Source of the DNA: Octopus bimaculoides
Lineage: Eukaryota
Direction: 5' to 3'
Length of the DNA: 64,000 nt
Assembly: GCF_001194135.2 (NCBI RefSeq)
Contig: NC_068984.1
Location: 82,157,949-82,221,948, forward strand
The notes below the pieces were generated by a model. It was not told the origin of the DNA. It searched no databases and was given only the letters and a program-made list of their open reading frames with translations. The position numbers were made by a program, and so were the translations under genes. Below, one piece after another: positions 39,324 through 53,918 of this stretch (its first letter is position 1; every line of letters begins with the position of its first letter).

Positions 39324-42300
39324 TACATAAAAGATTGCCAAACTGCAAAATTACCATTGTTATATAATCACCATTTTAAGCATATCTCTGACTTAAACAT
39401 AAGGATAAATGAATATGCTCCCATGAGATAAGTCTGTGAGACCTTTTCATTTTATTTCTAATGTTAGTACAGTAATCACTCGCCATATGGTTCACCTATC
39501 ATACCCTCAGTACATTGCTGATTTTTCTGGCTAATATATGTAAATTTATATTGTGGACTCCTCAATATATCGCAGGTTTCTGCGGCCGATAGGTATTTAT
39601 ATTGTTTAGATTTTAATTATATCTGGGATAAAATAAGTATTTTCACCCTAAAAATTAATAAATAAATATTACAGTACTGCACTGTATAGCACATTAATTA
39701 AAATATATTAAAAGAAAATATGTCGTGTGCTGTAGATGAGTAAACAGAGAATTGCACATACTATATGGAAAATGAAACCTGGGAGGCGAGTGTGTGGTGT
39801 TGTCTTGTATTTATGTATAAAATTGTAAATTTATTTCAAGCCCTACAATGTCACCAAAACGCTCTACACATTCTCAGGCTTCTGGCAGTGAACCCAAGTG
39901 CCAGAAGAAGATGCTTACTATAGCAGAGAAGGTGAGACTCCTCAACATACTTAAGGAAAGGAGAAGGCATGCGGATGTAGGCCACTATTATGGCATCTAC
40001 CATTCGCTACATCAAGAAGAACGAAAAATATAAGGGCGACAGCAAAAGTGACTTTTAACAAGACAATGAAAAGGGTGGTAACTTCCCTGCAATAAGGCCA
40101 TCGTAAGGATGGCGTCTGCATTAGCCTTTTGTATCAGTGACTGCAGGAAGAACATTGCACTGGTTACCAACACCCTCCATGAGAAAGCCAGGCAGCTGTA
40201 AGGCAAGTTTATGGATGGCTGTGACGATGAGCCAGACAACCTTGAACCAGGACCATCTATGGCATCTCCCACCAAACCAACCAAATTTAATGACAGTAAG
40301 GGTTGGTTTGATAAATTTCAAAGGAGGTTTAACCTTAAGAGTGTGTCCCTGCATGGAAAAGCTGCCTCTGCTGACAAACCCGCCACTGAAGAGTACATGA
40401 ACAAGACATTCTAGACCATCAGTGAAGAAGGGGGATATTCACATGAACAAGTCTCAATATGGATGAGACTGGCCTCTTTTGGAAACATGCTATTGCGGAC
40501 TTTCATTATGAAGGAGGAGGCCAGAGGCCCTGGATTTAAGGTGTACAAAGATCAAGTTACAATTATGTATGGTGATGCTGCAGACTTCATGCTAAAGCCA
40601 GGGCTTATTTATATAAGTCCAAAAACCCAAGGGCCCTCAAAAACAAAAATAAGAACCTGCTGCCAGTGCACTGGATGCACAACCAGAAGGCATGGATAAT
40701 TAAACCACTGACATCGGATTGGTTTCACCAGTGCTTCATCCCTGAAATCAAGGTTTATCACACCAAAAAAGAACTGGAATTCAAAGCGCTTCTTCTAATG
40801 GACAATGCTGGAGGTTACATGCTTGACCTGTTGTATGAGGGCATACAAATTGAATCATCGCCGAACACCACATTGCTGATCCAGCATGAAGCAAGGCGTT
40901 ATTCATGCTTTTAAGGCGCTCTATACACGAAACTCCCTGCAACACTTGGTTGAGGCTATGGACTCAGATGATAACTTCTTGCTGAAGGAGTACTGGTGTG
41001 GGTAAACCATTGCAATGTGTCTCCAAAATATTCAGAAGGCCATAAAGGAGATGAAGAATGAAACTTTGCATGTCAGCTAGAAGAAATTGTGGTCAGAAGT
41101 GGTCCATGACTATAAAGGATTCTCTCCAGACGAAATCCACCACCCTGCAGTAGATAAGGCAGTGAAGCTGACAAAATTGCTAGGAGATGGCCCCACTGAT
41201 ATGACTACCGAGAATGTTAATAACTTGATTGAAGCCTTCTCCGATCTGTTAATGGATGAAGATCTGACAGAGATGATGAAGTCAACAAGAAGAACAAGAG
41301 GATCGAGGGGAAGAAGAAGTCGGCCTATCACTAGAATGCCTCTCAGCTCTAGCAAAAATAGCAAAAGAACTTCAGAGAAGGGCAGAAGATTGGGACCCCC
41401 AGATGATTCATGCGTTGCAATTCAGAAATGCAATTGATGGAGCCATGAAAGTTTATAAAACCTCCTTACACAGAAGAAAAGACAGTGCTAACAACTGCCC
41501 ATCACTATGTTCCTCACCTGCAAAAAAGAGAAGACACAGGCACTCCTAAGAGTGTGGGAAGAATTTATAAAAGCTTAAATACATCATATGATCAATAAGT
41601 ATCCAGACTGTTGCTATAGTAATAAAGCTAAAGCACGGAGGGTGAAGACACTTGGCACAGATTGACCCTGAACTCTGCTGTGCATGCGCACTAATTTTTA
41701 ATGGTCTAGCTCACTTTTGTTGTTTACAGCAGTGCTTGGAAGGAAGGTGTGTAGCATGTAATCGTTGCACTGGTACTGTCTTTTCTTCTGTATAAGGTTT
41801 TTATAAACTTCCATGGCTTAGTGCACATGCACAGCAGAGTTCAAGGTCAATCTGTGCCAAGCAGCTTCACTCTGCATACTTTAGCTTCATTACTATGGCA
41901 ACAGTCTGAATACTTATTGATCAGACCTTGTATACAGAGTGCGAGGGGTATTTGACGACATTTCGTTTTTAGTTCATTACACCTTCAGATTATTTAATGT
42001 AATCATTTTTTTTCCCCAGATAACCCTTTCAACATATCATGCTAATTCAAAAAATGAAAAGACATCCAGTCATAGTTGCTATACATGCAAACCACAGTGA
42101 TGTTGAAATTAGCATCTTTCTAAATGTTGGAAGATCATTTGTACACAAAGTTCGGTTGGAATTGGAGGCATGTGATGGTAATGTTTCACCTGCATCAAAG
42201 AGAAAAAAAAATTCACAACACTCAGACACTAAAAGGACACCAGAATTTATACACGTTCAAAACATAATCGATGAAAACCCCAGAAGATCAATGAGGTCCA

Positions 42301-45300
42301 TTGCTAAAGAACTTCAGGTCTCAGACTGGACTATCAGAACTGTGGTACACTGTGACATTTGATTACGAGTCCTATGTAATGAGGAAAGGCTAATTTGTGT
42401 CTGGAAAGACACAGGAAAACCATCTCATCCATTCAAAATGTTTACTTAACAAAGTGAAAAATCCTCATGTACAAGGCATGTTTTAGTTTTTCTGACGAAA
42501 ATAACTTTGACCAGGATCAATAGTCTAACAGGTGATGTCCAAAATGAATAAGGACCATATAGTGCCAGCATGCCAACGGTTTTGGTCCCGTTTTGAAGCA
42601 GTCATCGAAGCCGAAGGCAGTTTCATAGAATAATTTGCTTAAAAATCATTATCAAGACTAATTACACAAATGTTTATTCAAATACGTATTTATTTATGCT
42701 GAAATATAGTTATTTTATTGTATACCAAAACTGTCTTCAAATACCCCTCGCACCCTGTATAAAAATAATAAAATAAATATATATAAATTATAAAAGTAAT
42801 AAAAAAAATATACAATACAATACTGTTTCTACTTTTCAGATTTTCACCTATCGTGGGTTTTTTTTAAACATAGCACCTGCAATAGTTGAGGGATTATTGC
42901 TTGACCAAGGCATGAACGTTACACCTGATAACTCCTTTCATAAATTATGGGGTAAATATGCTAAATTAAAAGCAACTGATATCATTATTCTTTCGTAATG
43001 TATCAATTTTAATTTCTTGTTAAATTGCATAGGGTTTCTGGTGTTGTGGAGCCCCAATTCAGCCCTAATGAAACACACTTATAGTAAAAGACATTCCATC
43101 TGTGACCATTGTGCCTTTCGCTTATATACATAATGTATCTAGGATTATATTATGAAATACTGCTGTTGCTACTGCTCCACCCACCACCACCACCATCATC
43201 TGTATGTCTGTTATTTTTTCCATGCTGATATGAGTTGGACAAAGAGTTTCTCTAATGTGAGTTGTAAAGAAGGAGTCTAGACTGACATGCAGCCTGTGGA
43301 GTTTATACCTCAACTGAACATTCTATTAGAGAGAGAGAGAGAGAGAGAGAGAGAGTGTGTGTGTGTGTGTGTGCCGGGGAGTAGATGATCTTAGCTAACA
43401 AGCAATGGAATTGGAGGTGATCTGATATGGATTAGCTTCAAGGTTATTTTTATATATAGGAAGGACGAGGGGTGGGGGTGTCCTTTTATTTAAGATGGTA
43501 GGTTTAATTTGAAGGAAATTTAGCTGCTTCTTTTAGCAAGCTGAATGACCATGTAGCAGTTTCTTCATTGTCTAAGATAGGATGAGAGATTTAATTCAAG
43601 TTACTGCTTAATCCCAGGTCAGCCTCTGATGTATGTATAACCCTTTAGCATTCAGATTACTCTGTCAAATGTAATGCTTATATATTCACATTGTTTCGAA
43701 TTAATGATGATTATTTATCTATAGAATGACATTGTAGGGTAGGTATGAGAGGCAAGAACTAGCTAGTTTAACTGCTAAAGGGTTAAAGGTATTGCAGTCA
43801 AGACAATCCAGTTGATTTTTTTTTTCCTCCAGAACTTCATTATCCAATGTGACTTAAAATTTTTAAGACATAGTAGGATTTGAGGGATATTTGTCTGCTA
43901 TTCATAGCATGATGAGTGACCATGGAGGTTCCTTTAGAGTAAATCAAATTGGTTACGCTTAGAAATTTAAGCACTGTTAAGATTATAATTTTCTAAGCTA
44001 TTCAGATTACCTCAATTATAATCAAATCATTCTCGCCTAATGTGTCCCTCCTTATTTAAAACATCATTCCACATCATTTGGAGTGTATATTTACAAAATA
44101 TCATCATTGGCTGCTTCTCTTGTCCTGAAGTTTCAATTTCATCCTAACTGAGTAGTTCTTCCATTTACAATATATATATATATATTAGAGGTAGGTGAAT
44201 GGCTTGTAAAAGTAGTGCAGGTCAGGTACAGAGGTACTGTTAGTAAACGTAAGAGTTAGTCATGAGTACATTGACAAATTTAGTACACAGGTAGATGTTC
44301 ACCAAGGCTTGGTCCTCAGCCCCCTCCTATTCATCATTGTCCTCCAGGCTATAACAGAAATTTAGGACTGGTAATCCATGGGAACTACTATATGCTGATG
44401 ATCTTGCCCTCATAGTAGAATCTGTAACAGAATTAGAAAATACATACCAGGTGTGGAAGCAAAACCTGGAATTGAAAGGTCTTAAAGTTAAGTTAGCAAA
44501 GACCAACATTCTAGTAAGCAAGAAATCAAACAGGACCCTACCCATTTCAGATAAATGACCCCACTCAATATGTAGGAAGGGTGTAGACAAAAATTCCATT
44601 TGGTGTACCCAGTACAAACTATGGACATACAAGAGGTGCAGTGAAATAGTAGGAAGGTTAACAGAGAAAGTAGTGTTTCTAAGTGGAAGATGTACAGGAG
44701 CCATAAAGACTACAGATATCTGGGAAACTGATTTCCTCAAATATCCTGGAGGCTCTCTGGAAATAGTAGATAATTTTTGCTACTTAGGTGACCTATTTAG
44801 CAGTGGAGGAGGATGTACCAAAAGTGTGTAGTTGTTAGAATAAGAATAGGATGGAAAAAGTTCAGAGAGCTTTTACTTCCATTGGCAATGAAAGGTTTCT
44901 CTTTCCAAGTGAAAGGAATATTGTATGATGTATGTATGCAAACTGCAATGCTACATGGTAGAGAGATGTGGGCCCTGAACGCAGAGGTCATGCAAAGACG
45001 AGAGAGGAATGAAGCTGGTATTATCTGTTGGATGTGCAATGTCAGTGTGCATGTGTGATAGAGCACTAGTGTATAGAAAGAAAAATTAGGCCTAAGAGGG
45101 ATTAGGTGCAATATGCACAAGAGAAGACTGAGCTGGCTTGGTCATGTGATGCATCTGGATGAGAGCAGTTGCATAAAGAAATGCTGATCACTTAAAGTGG
45201 AGGGAGGTTGTGAAAGAGGAAGACCCAGGAAGACATAGAATGAAGTGCTGAAAGCTAATGTCAAAAAAACTGAGCCAAAACAAGGAAATGACAAAAGACT

Positions 45301-48300
45301 GGAATATGTGGTGCATTGCTGTACTCAAGAAGATCTGCCTACCACAACAGAATTGATATCTTAAACCAAGGTGTTACATAAAAAGCACTGGTGCTGATGC
45401 CATGAGAAAAGCACTGGTGATGGTGTCATGTAAAAAGAACCCAGTACACTCTGTAAAGTGGTTGGCATTAGGAAGGGCATCCAGTTGTAGAAACCATGCC
45501 AAATAGACTATGGAACCTGGAGTGGCTCCTGGCCTTGATAGCTTCTGTCAAGCTGCCTAACCCATGCCAGCAGGGAAAACTGACACCAAATGATGATGAT
45601 TGATTATACTTACATATGTACATACATAAGTGCATATATACATAACTTAAAGAATGTCACAGTGCTGAAATATGTAGATGACGTCAAGCTGTACCTTGAG
45701 ATAAACAGGACAGATCCTGAACACGTTAGATCTTTCCCGCAATCAGAACTGGACACAATGCAACAATGGATCACAGACTGACAACTCAAGCTGACTGTGG
45801 ACAAGTGTATCACCATGCATTTGGGGAGGAAAAACCCAGCATCCACATACTCTCTCCACAACACTAATATCAAGAAGTCTTCTTGTGAATGTGACCTGGT
45901 CATTAGTCAGCAGCAATTTGCACTGGACAAAGCACATCTCTAAAATTGTCAAGAAAGCTGAGGATGTCTTGGCATCATTCAGCAAGACTTTTGTCAGCCG
46001 CTCTCCAGCTATCTATTTAAGGCTATATATGGCTATGGTGCAGCCACACTTGGAATTTGCATCACCTTTCTTGCTCATGACATTGACCTCCTGGAAACTG
46101 TTCAGAGACATGCAACCAAATGAATACCTTCCATCAGGCATCTAACATATTCTGAACGCCTAGCTTCCCTAGGCATAGATACATTGAAGCTCCAGCATCT
46201 GGCAACTGACTTGGTAAACACCCACAAAATTATTAACCATCATGCCAACAACCACCTTGAGCACATTTTTGAGCTCCATGTGTCTAACACACATGGGAAT
46301 GCCAATAAAGTCAGAAAACAGCAAAGCACCCATGGCTTCCGGAAACATTTTTTCACACTCAGAGTTGCTGAAGCATGGAACAAACTACCTGCATCAGTTG
46401 TTAGCTGCTGAGACATTGTATGTTCTAAAACCTCCATGCTTCCTGAAATTTACCAACACTACATCTGATATCCTCACCTCCATATGCATGCACACATGTA
46501 TATCATGACTCATACACTGTTCACTTTCCTGACATAATTCTACATCCTATACATGCACCTTTGATGAGTTGTAGTGCACCTGAGCACTGTACACAATAAT
46601 TTCATTATTATTATACACACACATATATGTTATCATCATCATCTAATGCCCATTTTTCCATGCTTGCATGGGTCAGACAGAATTCAACAGCCAGATGCCC
46701 TCACCTGTGACCACATGGTTGAGAAAGAAGCTTCTTAACCACATAGCCATACCTGTTCCTATATATATATATACATACACAAACACATACACTATATTTT
46801 GATTGGTTTTGTCTTTGATTTCATCAAGTTTTATTTATCTCCTGTATATATACATGGTGCAAAACTTGATTCAAACTAGGAGTCTTTATTTATAAACAAA
46901 AGATTATGATATTTACATTTGAAGGCTACTTGCTACAGCTTTGAATAAGAAATTTGATGACTATCTGAGACTAAACCAATGGAAACAAGTATTGCTATAA
47001 ATATTCTACCTATACACTTTAAAGATGGGGTTTAATTGTCCACAAAACTGTAATCTTCTTAACAATAATTCACCTCAGGTATTTAGATGTTTAATGATAT
47101 ACAGATGTTTGGCAGAATCTCTTAATTATTACTATTATCATTATAATTATTACATAAATCATATCTTTATACAAAGACAAAATTTAAATGTTTATGTATA
47201 TAATATTGATCTGAAAATTTGCAGACTGTAATTACACATGAAAATTTTCTCCATTTAACCCTGTCTATTCTGATAAAGTTTACTGTGGCCAAATTATTGA
47301 AGTACAGGGAAGTTGTGGAAGAGGTTGACCCAGGAAGACATCAAATGAAGTACTGGAAGTTGATCTCAAAACGCTGAGCCTTACTTACGTTTAGGTTGCC
47401 ACACAGTTTCTTTCAATCTGTCTCTCAAGATATACTTTAGATAGGCCTTTAGTGGGTCTTTTAATGTACCCAAAGACTTTTATGGATGAGTGGTTAGGGT
47501 GTTGAGTTCATGGTCACAAAGTTATAGCTTCCTGGACCGGACAGTGTATTTTGTCCTTGAGAAAGGCACTTCATTTCATATTGCTTCAGATTTCACAGCT
47601 GTGAATGACTGCCAGCTAGGTTCTAGTGCAGCCCTCTCTCCTTCCAGCTGTTGTAAGGGTCAAAGTTGGGAGGGCTGAAAGAGTGTATGTTTGTTCACAA
47701 CTACATAGGCATCAAAAACAATTAGCAAAAGCATGTAACAAGCAATGAAATTATGCTAGTTGTAAATCGCTGTCCCTATTTCTGTGTAGCCTTGCATGCT
47801 TGCAGTTTCCTGTAAGTGAACCAACTTAGAAGAGATGTAGCTCTGATAGCCAAAGTAAAGACACTTTGTCTTGCAGCCGAAGTCACTTCATACTTTAAAT
47901 AGTAATACAGCTGGTGTCATAAGACAATACCACTCAACACAGTACCCATGGGTAAGCTCAATGCAGCACTCATTTCAATGTTTCCCCTGGACTTTTGTGC
48001 ATGCATTAGACCAGACTTTTGATCAAGTTTCTTGATGTGCTAATTCCCTTTTCACTTTCCCTTTACACTTTATATGGTGCCGCTGTCTGTCAGAAAGTAA
48101 AGGTGAAAAAGTTTCTCAGCAGAATCTTGATGGCAGGTAGGACACCCACCTTGTGTTAAACCTTGGGAGACTGCCTTATCAGCTGGCACATAATTCTGTC
48201 TTCACCTACTTTATGGCTAGTGGCCCAATAATCACAAGATTTTAAGAAGAGACCCACTTATAGCAACTAATATACAGCTGGGTTTCTTATAAAAATAGAA

Positions 48301-51300
48301 GTAGTGGTTAGAAACAATTCATGAATCAGGAATCTGGGCTTTCCAAAGTACTATCATCTCTGCATATATCAAATTGTCCAGCGACTGCTTAATTGAGGCC
48401 ACTGCCACCCACCACATTTGTATATAATGCAATGCTATGATACTTAATGTTAACAAACTGATTAGAATTCCATTAGTTTTATGCTATCTATCCTTAGCAG
48501 CAAATGTGTTTCACCTCTAACCCATCTGAGACACTTAAACAGGTTGCTGAACTCATCCTTTTAATCATGTCACTTCATATCACATATGCAATCAGCCCTT
48601 ATAAATCCAGACCACAAATGGATTCACATACAGCTACACTGTAACAGTGCAGATAAAGAATACAGCCTTCAATAACTTGAGAAATTCCCCCACTTCTACC
48701 AACATTGTTCTTTTTCTGACTACCAGTACTCCTACATGTCACATGCCAAAGTGAGGGACCCTTATGTGTTTTACTTGACCTGCTAGAAATAATTACTAAA
48801 TCTCCTGCAAATCACATCCTACCACATTATAAGAGACAGGTGACGTAGTCATGCATACACTATGCTTTAAACAGAAACAGAATGATTATGATTGGAATGC
48901 CCTTGATCATAGCTCTTCTCACTAAGGGCTGACTTATGGCTAAACTAACATCTAAAAAGCAAGCAATACCTTCTTGCAATGTACAGCTAGCAAGCTCTGT
49001 TTCCTCAGTTAAAAATGCACTGTAAGTAGTACTTCTTGGGGAGAAAGCTTCCACACATTCAACAAAATACTTCCATAATTTCCACCTCACCATCACATAC
49101 ACATAGACACAATAAATAAAAACTCTTACAATCATTGAACTATGTGGTCCTGAGTTTCCTACACAGAAAAAAAATGAGATGGTCATGGCTGGAATACTTT
49201 TGATCATAGATTTGCTCAATCAGAGCTGAGCAAGGATTTCGCAACAATAGCAATCCCTTCAGAACAACAAAGTCACCAGTCTAGCAATATTTCTCAAGTA
49301 TACTCCTGAGTTAGCAGCTATCCTTACTAAAATCTTCATTCTTTTTCTACAGGGATATATCTTGATCTTTGGAAGCATACTACTGATGAAAAGCAACTTC
49401 TGTAACTTGCTATCAACCAGTCATACTCACTTTCTGCATCTCAAGTGTATCATGGAATAAAATGTTTTTGGTTTATTTTCCATTTTATTAAATTAAGATT
49501 GGTTAAATAAAACAATAAGTAAAAGTAATACCTAAAAGGGCTTGTCAGTCTGCCTCATGGTCCCAGCGAACAAAATGGAAAAAGACATTCCTCAGAGAAT
49601 GGTGGATAGCCATTGCTGCCTCAAAAGCAGTGAGCAGGGATGTGGTCTGGGGGCTGAGGATGCTGGAGGTCTCCACTGCTACAGGCTTGACCACAAATCT
49701 GTCAGAGAGCAGCTAGAATTTGTGGCATCTGGGGTGGTCTTTGAGTTTGCTGCCCCCTTTCCTCACAAAAAATATAAACTATAAATAAAGTGCAACTCAA
49801 AAAAATGCCACCCCACCCCCTTTCAGTGTTCTAGCAGTTCTCCAAAAAAAAAATTGTTGCATCTGACATCAAAGCTATTGTTCATGTCTAGTATAAGAAT
49901 GTTCAAGCTAAGCCATCCACTTATGGGCTTTATTTGCCTCTCGACTCTTGGATTAGAAGCTTTCAGACAAATTGCACCATCACAGTGCATACTGTCAGGA
50001 CTCTGTCTGGTTCACACTATCAACTCTAGTGTGTCTGAAAGTTTGATTATGTCCCCCATTATTCTTACTGTACATTATTAACCTGCTTGTAGTTATCTCT
50101 AATAATGCTCACTGCTATAAAGAGAATACAAGTCTTCACAGTCATTGTTTCATGCTAAAGAAAGAATTTTATTCCTCATCCACTCCAGATGAAGGTACAT
50201 AGCGCAGTGGTTGAGCTCATGATTATCAAGTCATGGCTTTGATTCTCAGATCATATTTCTCAACTCCAATCAGCTGAAAATTAATATCACCAACAGCATG
50301 GGACAGGTTGGGGTTAACCTTGCCATGGACTAGCATCCTATTCAGTGAGGAGTCTTATACAACCAGTCACTGAGGTGAGAATTGGGATAAGCTTCAACCT
50401 AATGGACTTGTAGCCTCAAGACAGAAAAAGGAGGATCCTCTCTAAACTTGGACAACATGAATCTAAGACCATGAAATACCATACAAAAGATTTCTAATTC
50501 TCAAAACAGATAGCAGGCCTGATAAAAGTAAATCTATTGATCATAATCACAAGCACATCATTCAACAAGAATTGTCAAGTGACCACTATCATCATCAGAG
50601 AGACCCGTAACTCTGTTTTTTGTGGGGTACTGAAAAACTAGTTTTCATATAATTCTTGGGATGATTGAACCAGAGTGGTTTCCAGGTCTCCGAGCTATGA
50701 ACAGAACGTAGTGCTACTGACAATGCATGAACTTTTCAGCTGGTTATCTGCTAACTTATCCACTCAGCTATCTGTAGTCTCCCAATCAGTGTTATAGCAG
50801 TGGCAACTCTTAGTGCTAAAGCCAAACTATGAAAGATTATATTAAAATCTTATTTGTTATATGCTGTAATTTACATATCTTTCGTTAGAGTCCACATTTT
50901 CTAACATAAAAAATCAGGTTTTCTATCAGCAGCAACTTTGTTTCATGATATTTTTAGAAATTAAAATCTATAAATTTTAACTTTTTTTTTTTATAGGAGT
51001 AACATTATCAGAACATTAAAATAATCTATAGACTACTGACTGAGAAGTCATTCTTTCTAAATAAGGCTATCAGAAACATATTTCAACAAATGATTGATAT
51101 GAGCATCAGATTGATTTGTGTAAAGTCTGTAATAAGGTACAACAATATCATTTTAGTCATTTGTTATCTCAACTAATCTGTGATTGTCCCCCTCTTACAT
51201 AACATTTAACTAAAAGAATTGTTACCTTCAGGATTTTGGAAGAGCTGAACAATTGTTTTATCTTTGCTTTGAATTGTATCATTTCTCTGTCGAAGGGCTA

Positions 51301-53420
51301 AGCTACTTGGTATATGAACCAGATCATCAATGCAAGCTACTTCATGACCACATTGGCGACATATCAGATGTGAAGCTACAAGAAGAAAAAAAAACAAAAA
51401 TAGTTTTAAAATTCTTTTGAAACTATTTTATGCAGATTTTTTTTTGATATGATACAGATATAATAAATATTTGTAGAATCCAATGTACCATTTAAGTGAA
51501 GATATTACAGGAGAAAGCATTATTCAGACATATACTTTGGATGATCAAATTTTACCTGATATGAAAGAGAACCTGCTTGAGGTAAATAGCTAAATTCATT
51601 TAAAATTTCACGAAATTTTTCTATTTAATTTTTCGTTTTGATGACCAATTGTAAAGTCAAGAGCAATGAAGACAGTAACAACATAAAACACTGGATTAAG
51701 TCCTTTTTTTGTTTTATTCCCTGAATGAAGTTCAATAGTATAAGTATCACAAATATTTTTTTTTAATTTTTATTTATTTATTTATTTATTTAATAAAATA
51801 AACTGTTCTGCAAAAATTGATTTTGGGTCAAAGCAAGAAACCAGTATTAACTAACATAGGAATCTCTATGCAGTCAATCAGGTTGCTAGAAATAGCAGCC
51901 AAATCTTCCTCCAATTACACCTTTGCTATCTTAAGAAACAAAGGATAAATAGGATATTATAGTCCTAGGGAAATTATGTCTGAAGGAAAGACAGTATGGT
52001 TATGGTTACAACACTTTACTGAGAGGTCTGCTTAACTGGGGATGTCTTGGCACTATCAGTAACAAAAATAACATAAAAAAAACACAAAAATAAACCTGCA
52101 GTGGTGAGTACTATAGAAGAGGAAATCCCTTGGTGTGTCACATTGGAAACAATTTTAATTCCTGGTTATGTAATTTGGCTCCACTTTACACATCCCACTT
52201 CTATCTAATCTAAAAGTAATGCATATAGTGCCTTTGTCTACTGAAAAGAAACTCATATTGACAATAAAGTTGGATGAGAAAAATTGTTAACCCTCAAAAT
52301 TGACCATATTTTAAAATTTTCCCTGGAGATGAGGTTAAAATCAGTCTTAACCCTAGTTACTTTAATACCTTATTTTTTTACATTAGTAGCTTTATTTTGA
52401 TGTCTGAAGGAGGAAACAAAAATAAGAGGAAAAGACACCTGGAATGTGATAAGTTTCATGTATAACTTCCTTAAGGTTTTAAATCCAATGCTATATCAAC
52501 CAGTGCTTTATCATATCAGCAAAGAGAGGGGGCGAGAGGGAAAGAGAGGGGAAAAGATAGAGAAAAAAGTGGAGAGATTATAGTATATACCTTTTGATGA
52601 AAACTTAATTAAAATATGACTTCAATACTTATAATGCTAAATATTTATGCTTTCACTTACCCCTCAAATTTGAGTGTAAACGATACTATTAGATTCAAGG
52701 TAATATTAAGTTAAGATTTTTGTCCCTTAATTTGTATTGATTGAGTTACATGTTGCTCCCTAATACTCAGTTCAGCATCACTACTGAGTTTTCATGTGAA
52801 CTATTAGAATTAACAGCTAATATATTTACCCAGTAAACTAATTCTCTTCAGTCTAGTACTCATAGACTTTTTAGATAGATGTTTCGAAGTTTAATGTCTG
52901 ACTGATCACAGTAGTCATTCACCAATGTCATGTTCCATTAACAGACACAATTTTGGCAAACAGAATTTCATAGTTGTCAAAACAATTCTTTTACAGATTA
53001 AAGATTTTTGTATCAATACTCCTATTATTTCTTAATTAGATGTCAATATATAATAGGACTGCGTCTACAAGGAAATTAGCATTGAAATTCTCAATTCAAA
53101 GTCTGTCAGAATTGACACAAGGAATAAGATGGGTGATCAGTTGTTTCAAATTCTTAGATTATGAGCAAGAATTAAGATGTTTGATAATAGGTATATTTGA
53201 AGTATATATAAAAAAAATGCAAAAAGTAAAAATAATTCTTGATAAAATCAACAAATTACACAATGTGTATTAAATACATTCACAATTCAAAATGTTCATC
53301 GAAAATACTCAAATATATATAATAAACATGTAAACATATAAACACATACATATGCACACATACATACATATATAAACATATACACACATACATATATACA
53401 CACTTATACATAGAAAAAAG

Positions 53421-53464
<44 letters not shown>

Positions 53465-53857
53465 ATATATGTATGTATACAATAATGCCAGATTAAGGCC
53501 AACCTATGCCCCAAGCACAGCCCAACAGTATAGTTCCCCCACGACCCTTCAATTTTCAGAAGGGTGCTGAATGTGAAATAATGGATTAATAATTCAGTTT
53601 TCTCCAACGCAAGACCTCCCCACTATAACTATATTAAAAATAGCTGTTAGCTATGTAAGCAAATTATTTATTCGTAACTAGGACAGCAGGAAAAAGATAT
53701 AATAAAAATTTGCAGCGTTTTATTCATTAAGAAAAATTTATAATTGTGGTCAATTAGGCACTGGGGAAAATAACTGGTGTCCCTTTCTATTTGCGCCCTT
53801 TGCACATGCATTTTTTCCTTTTTCCTTAATGTTTATTCGGCCCCAACGATGAAGTGC

Positions 53858-53918
<61 letters not shown>

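Larger units (their letters stand above)
39470..42899 (+). mobile_element. Second Tigger/pogo element (decayed) hosting two nested insertions
   Basis: Left end TA|cagtaatcactcg, right end gttgagggattattg; fragments KKMLTIAEKVRLL, SKGWFDKFQRRF, LLLMDNAGG; frameshifted. Confidence 0.85.

Noticed and set aside
49353-49401. Strong plus-strand acceptor followed by IYLDLWKHTT
   Set aside because: Lies within a decayed LINE RT fragment.
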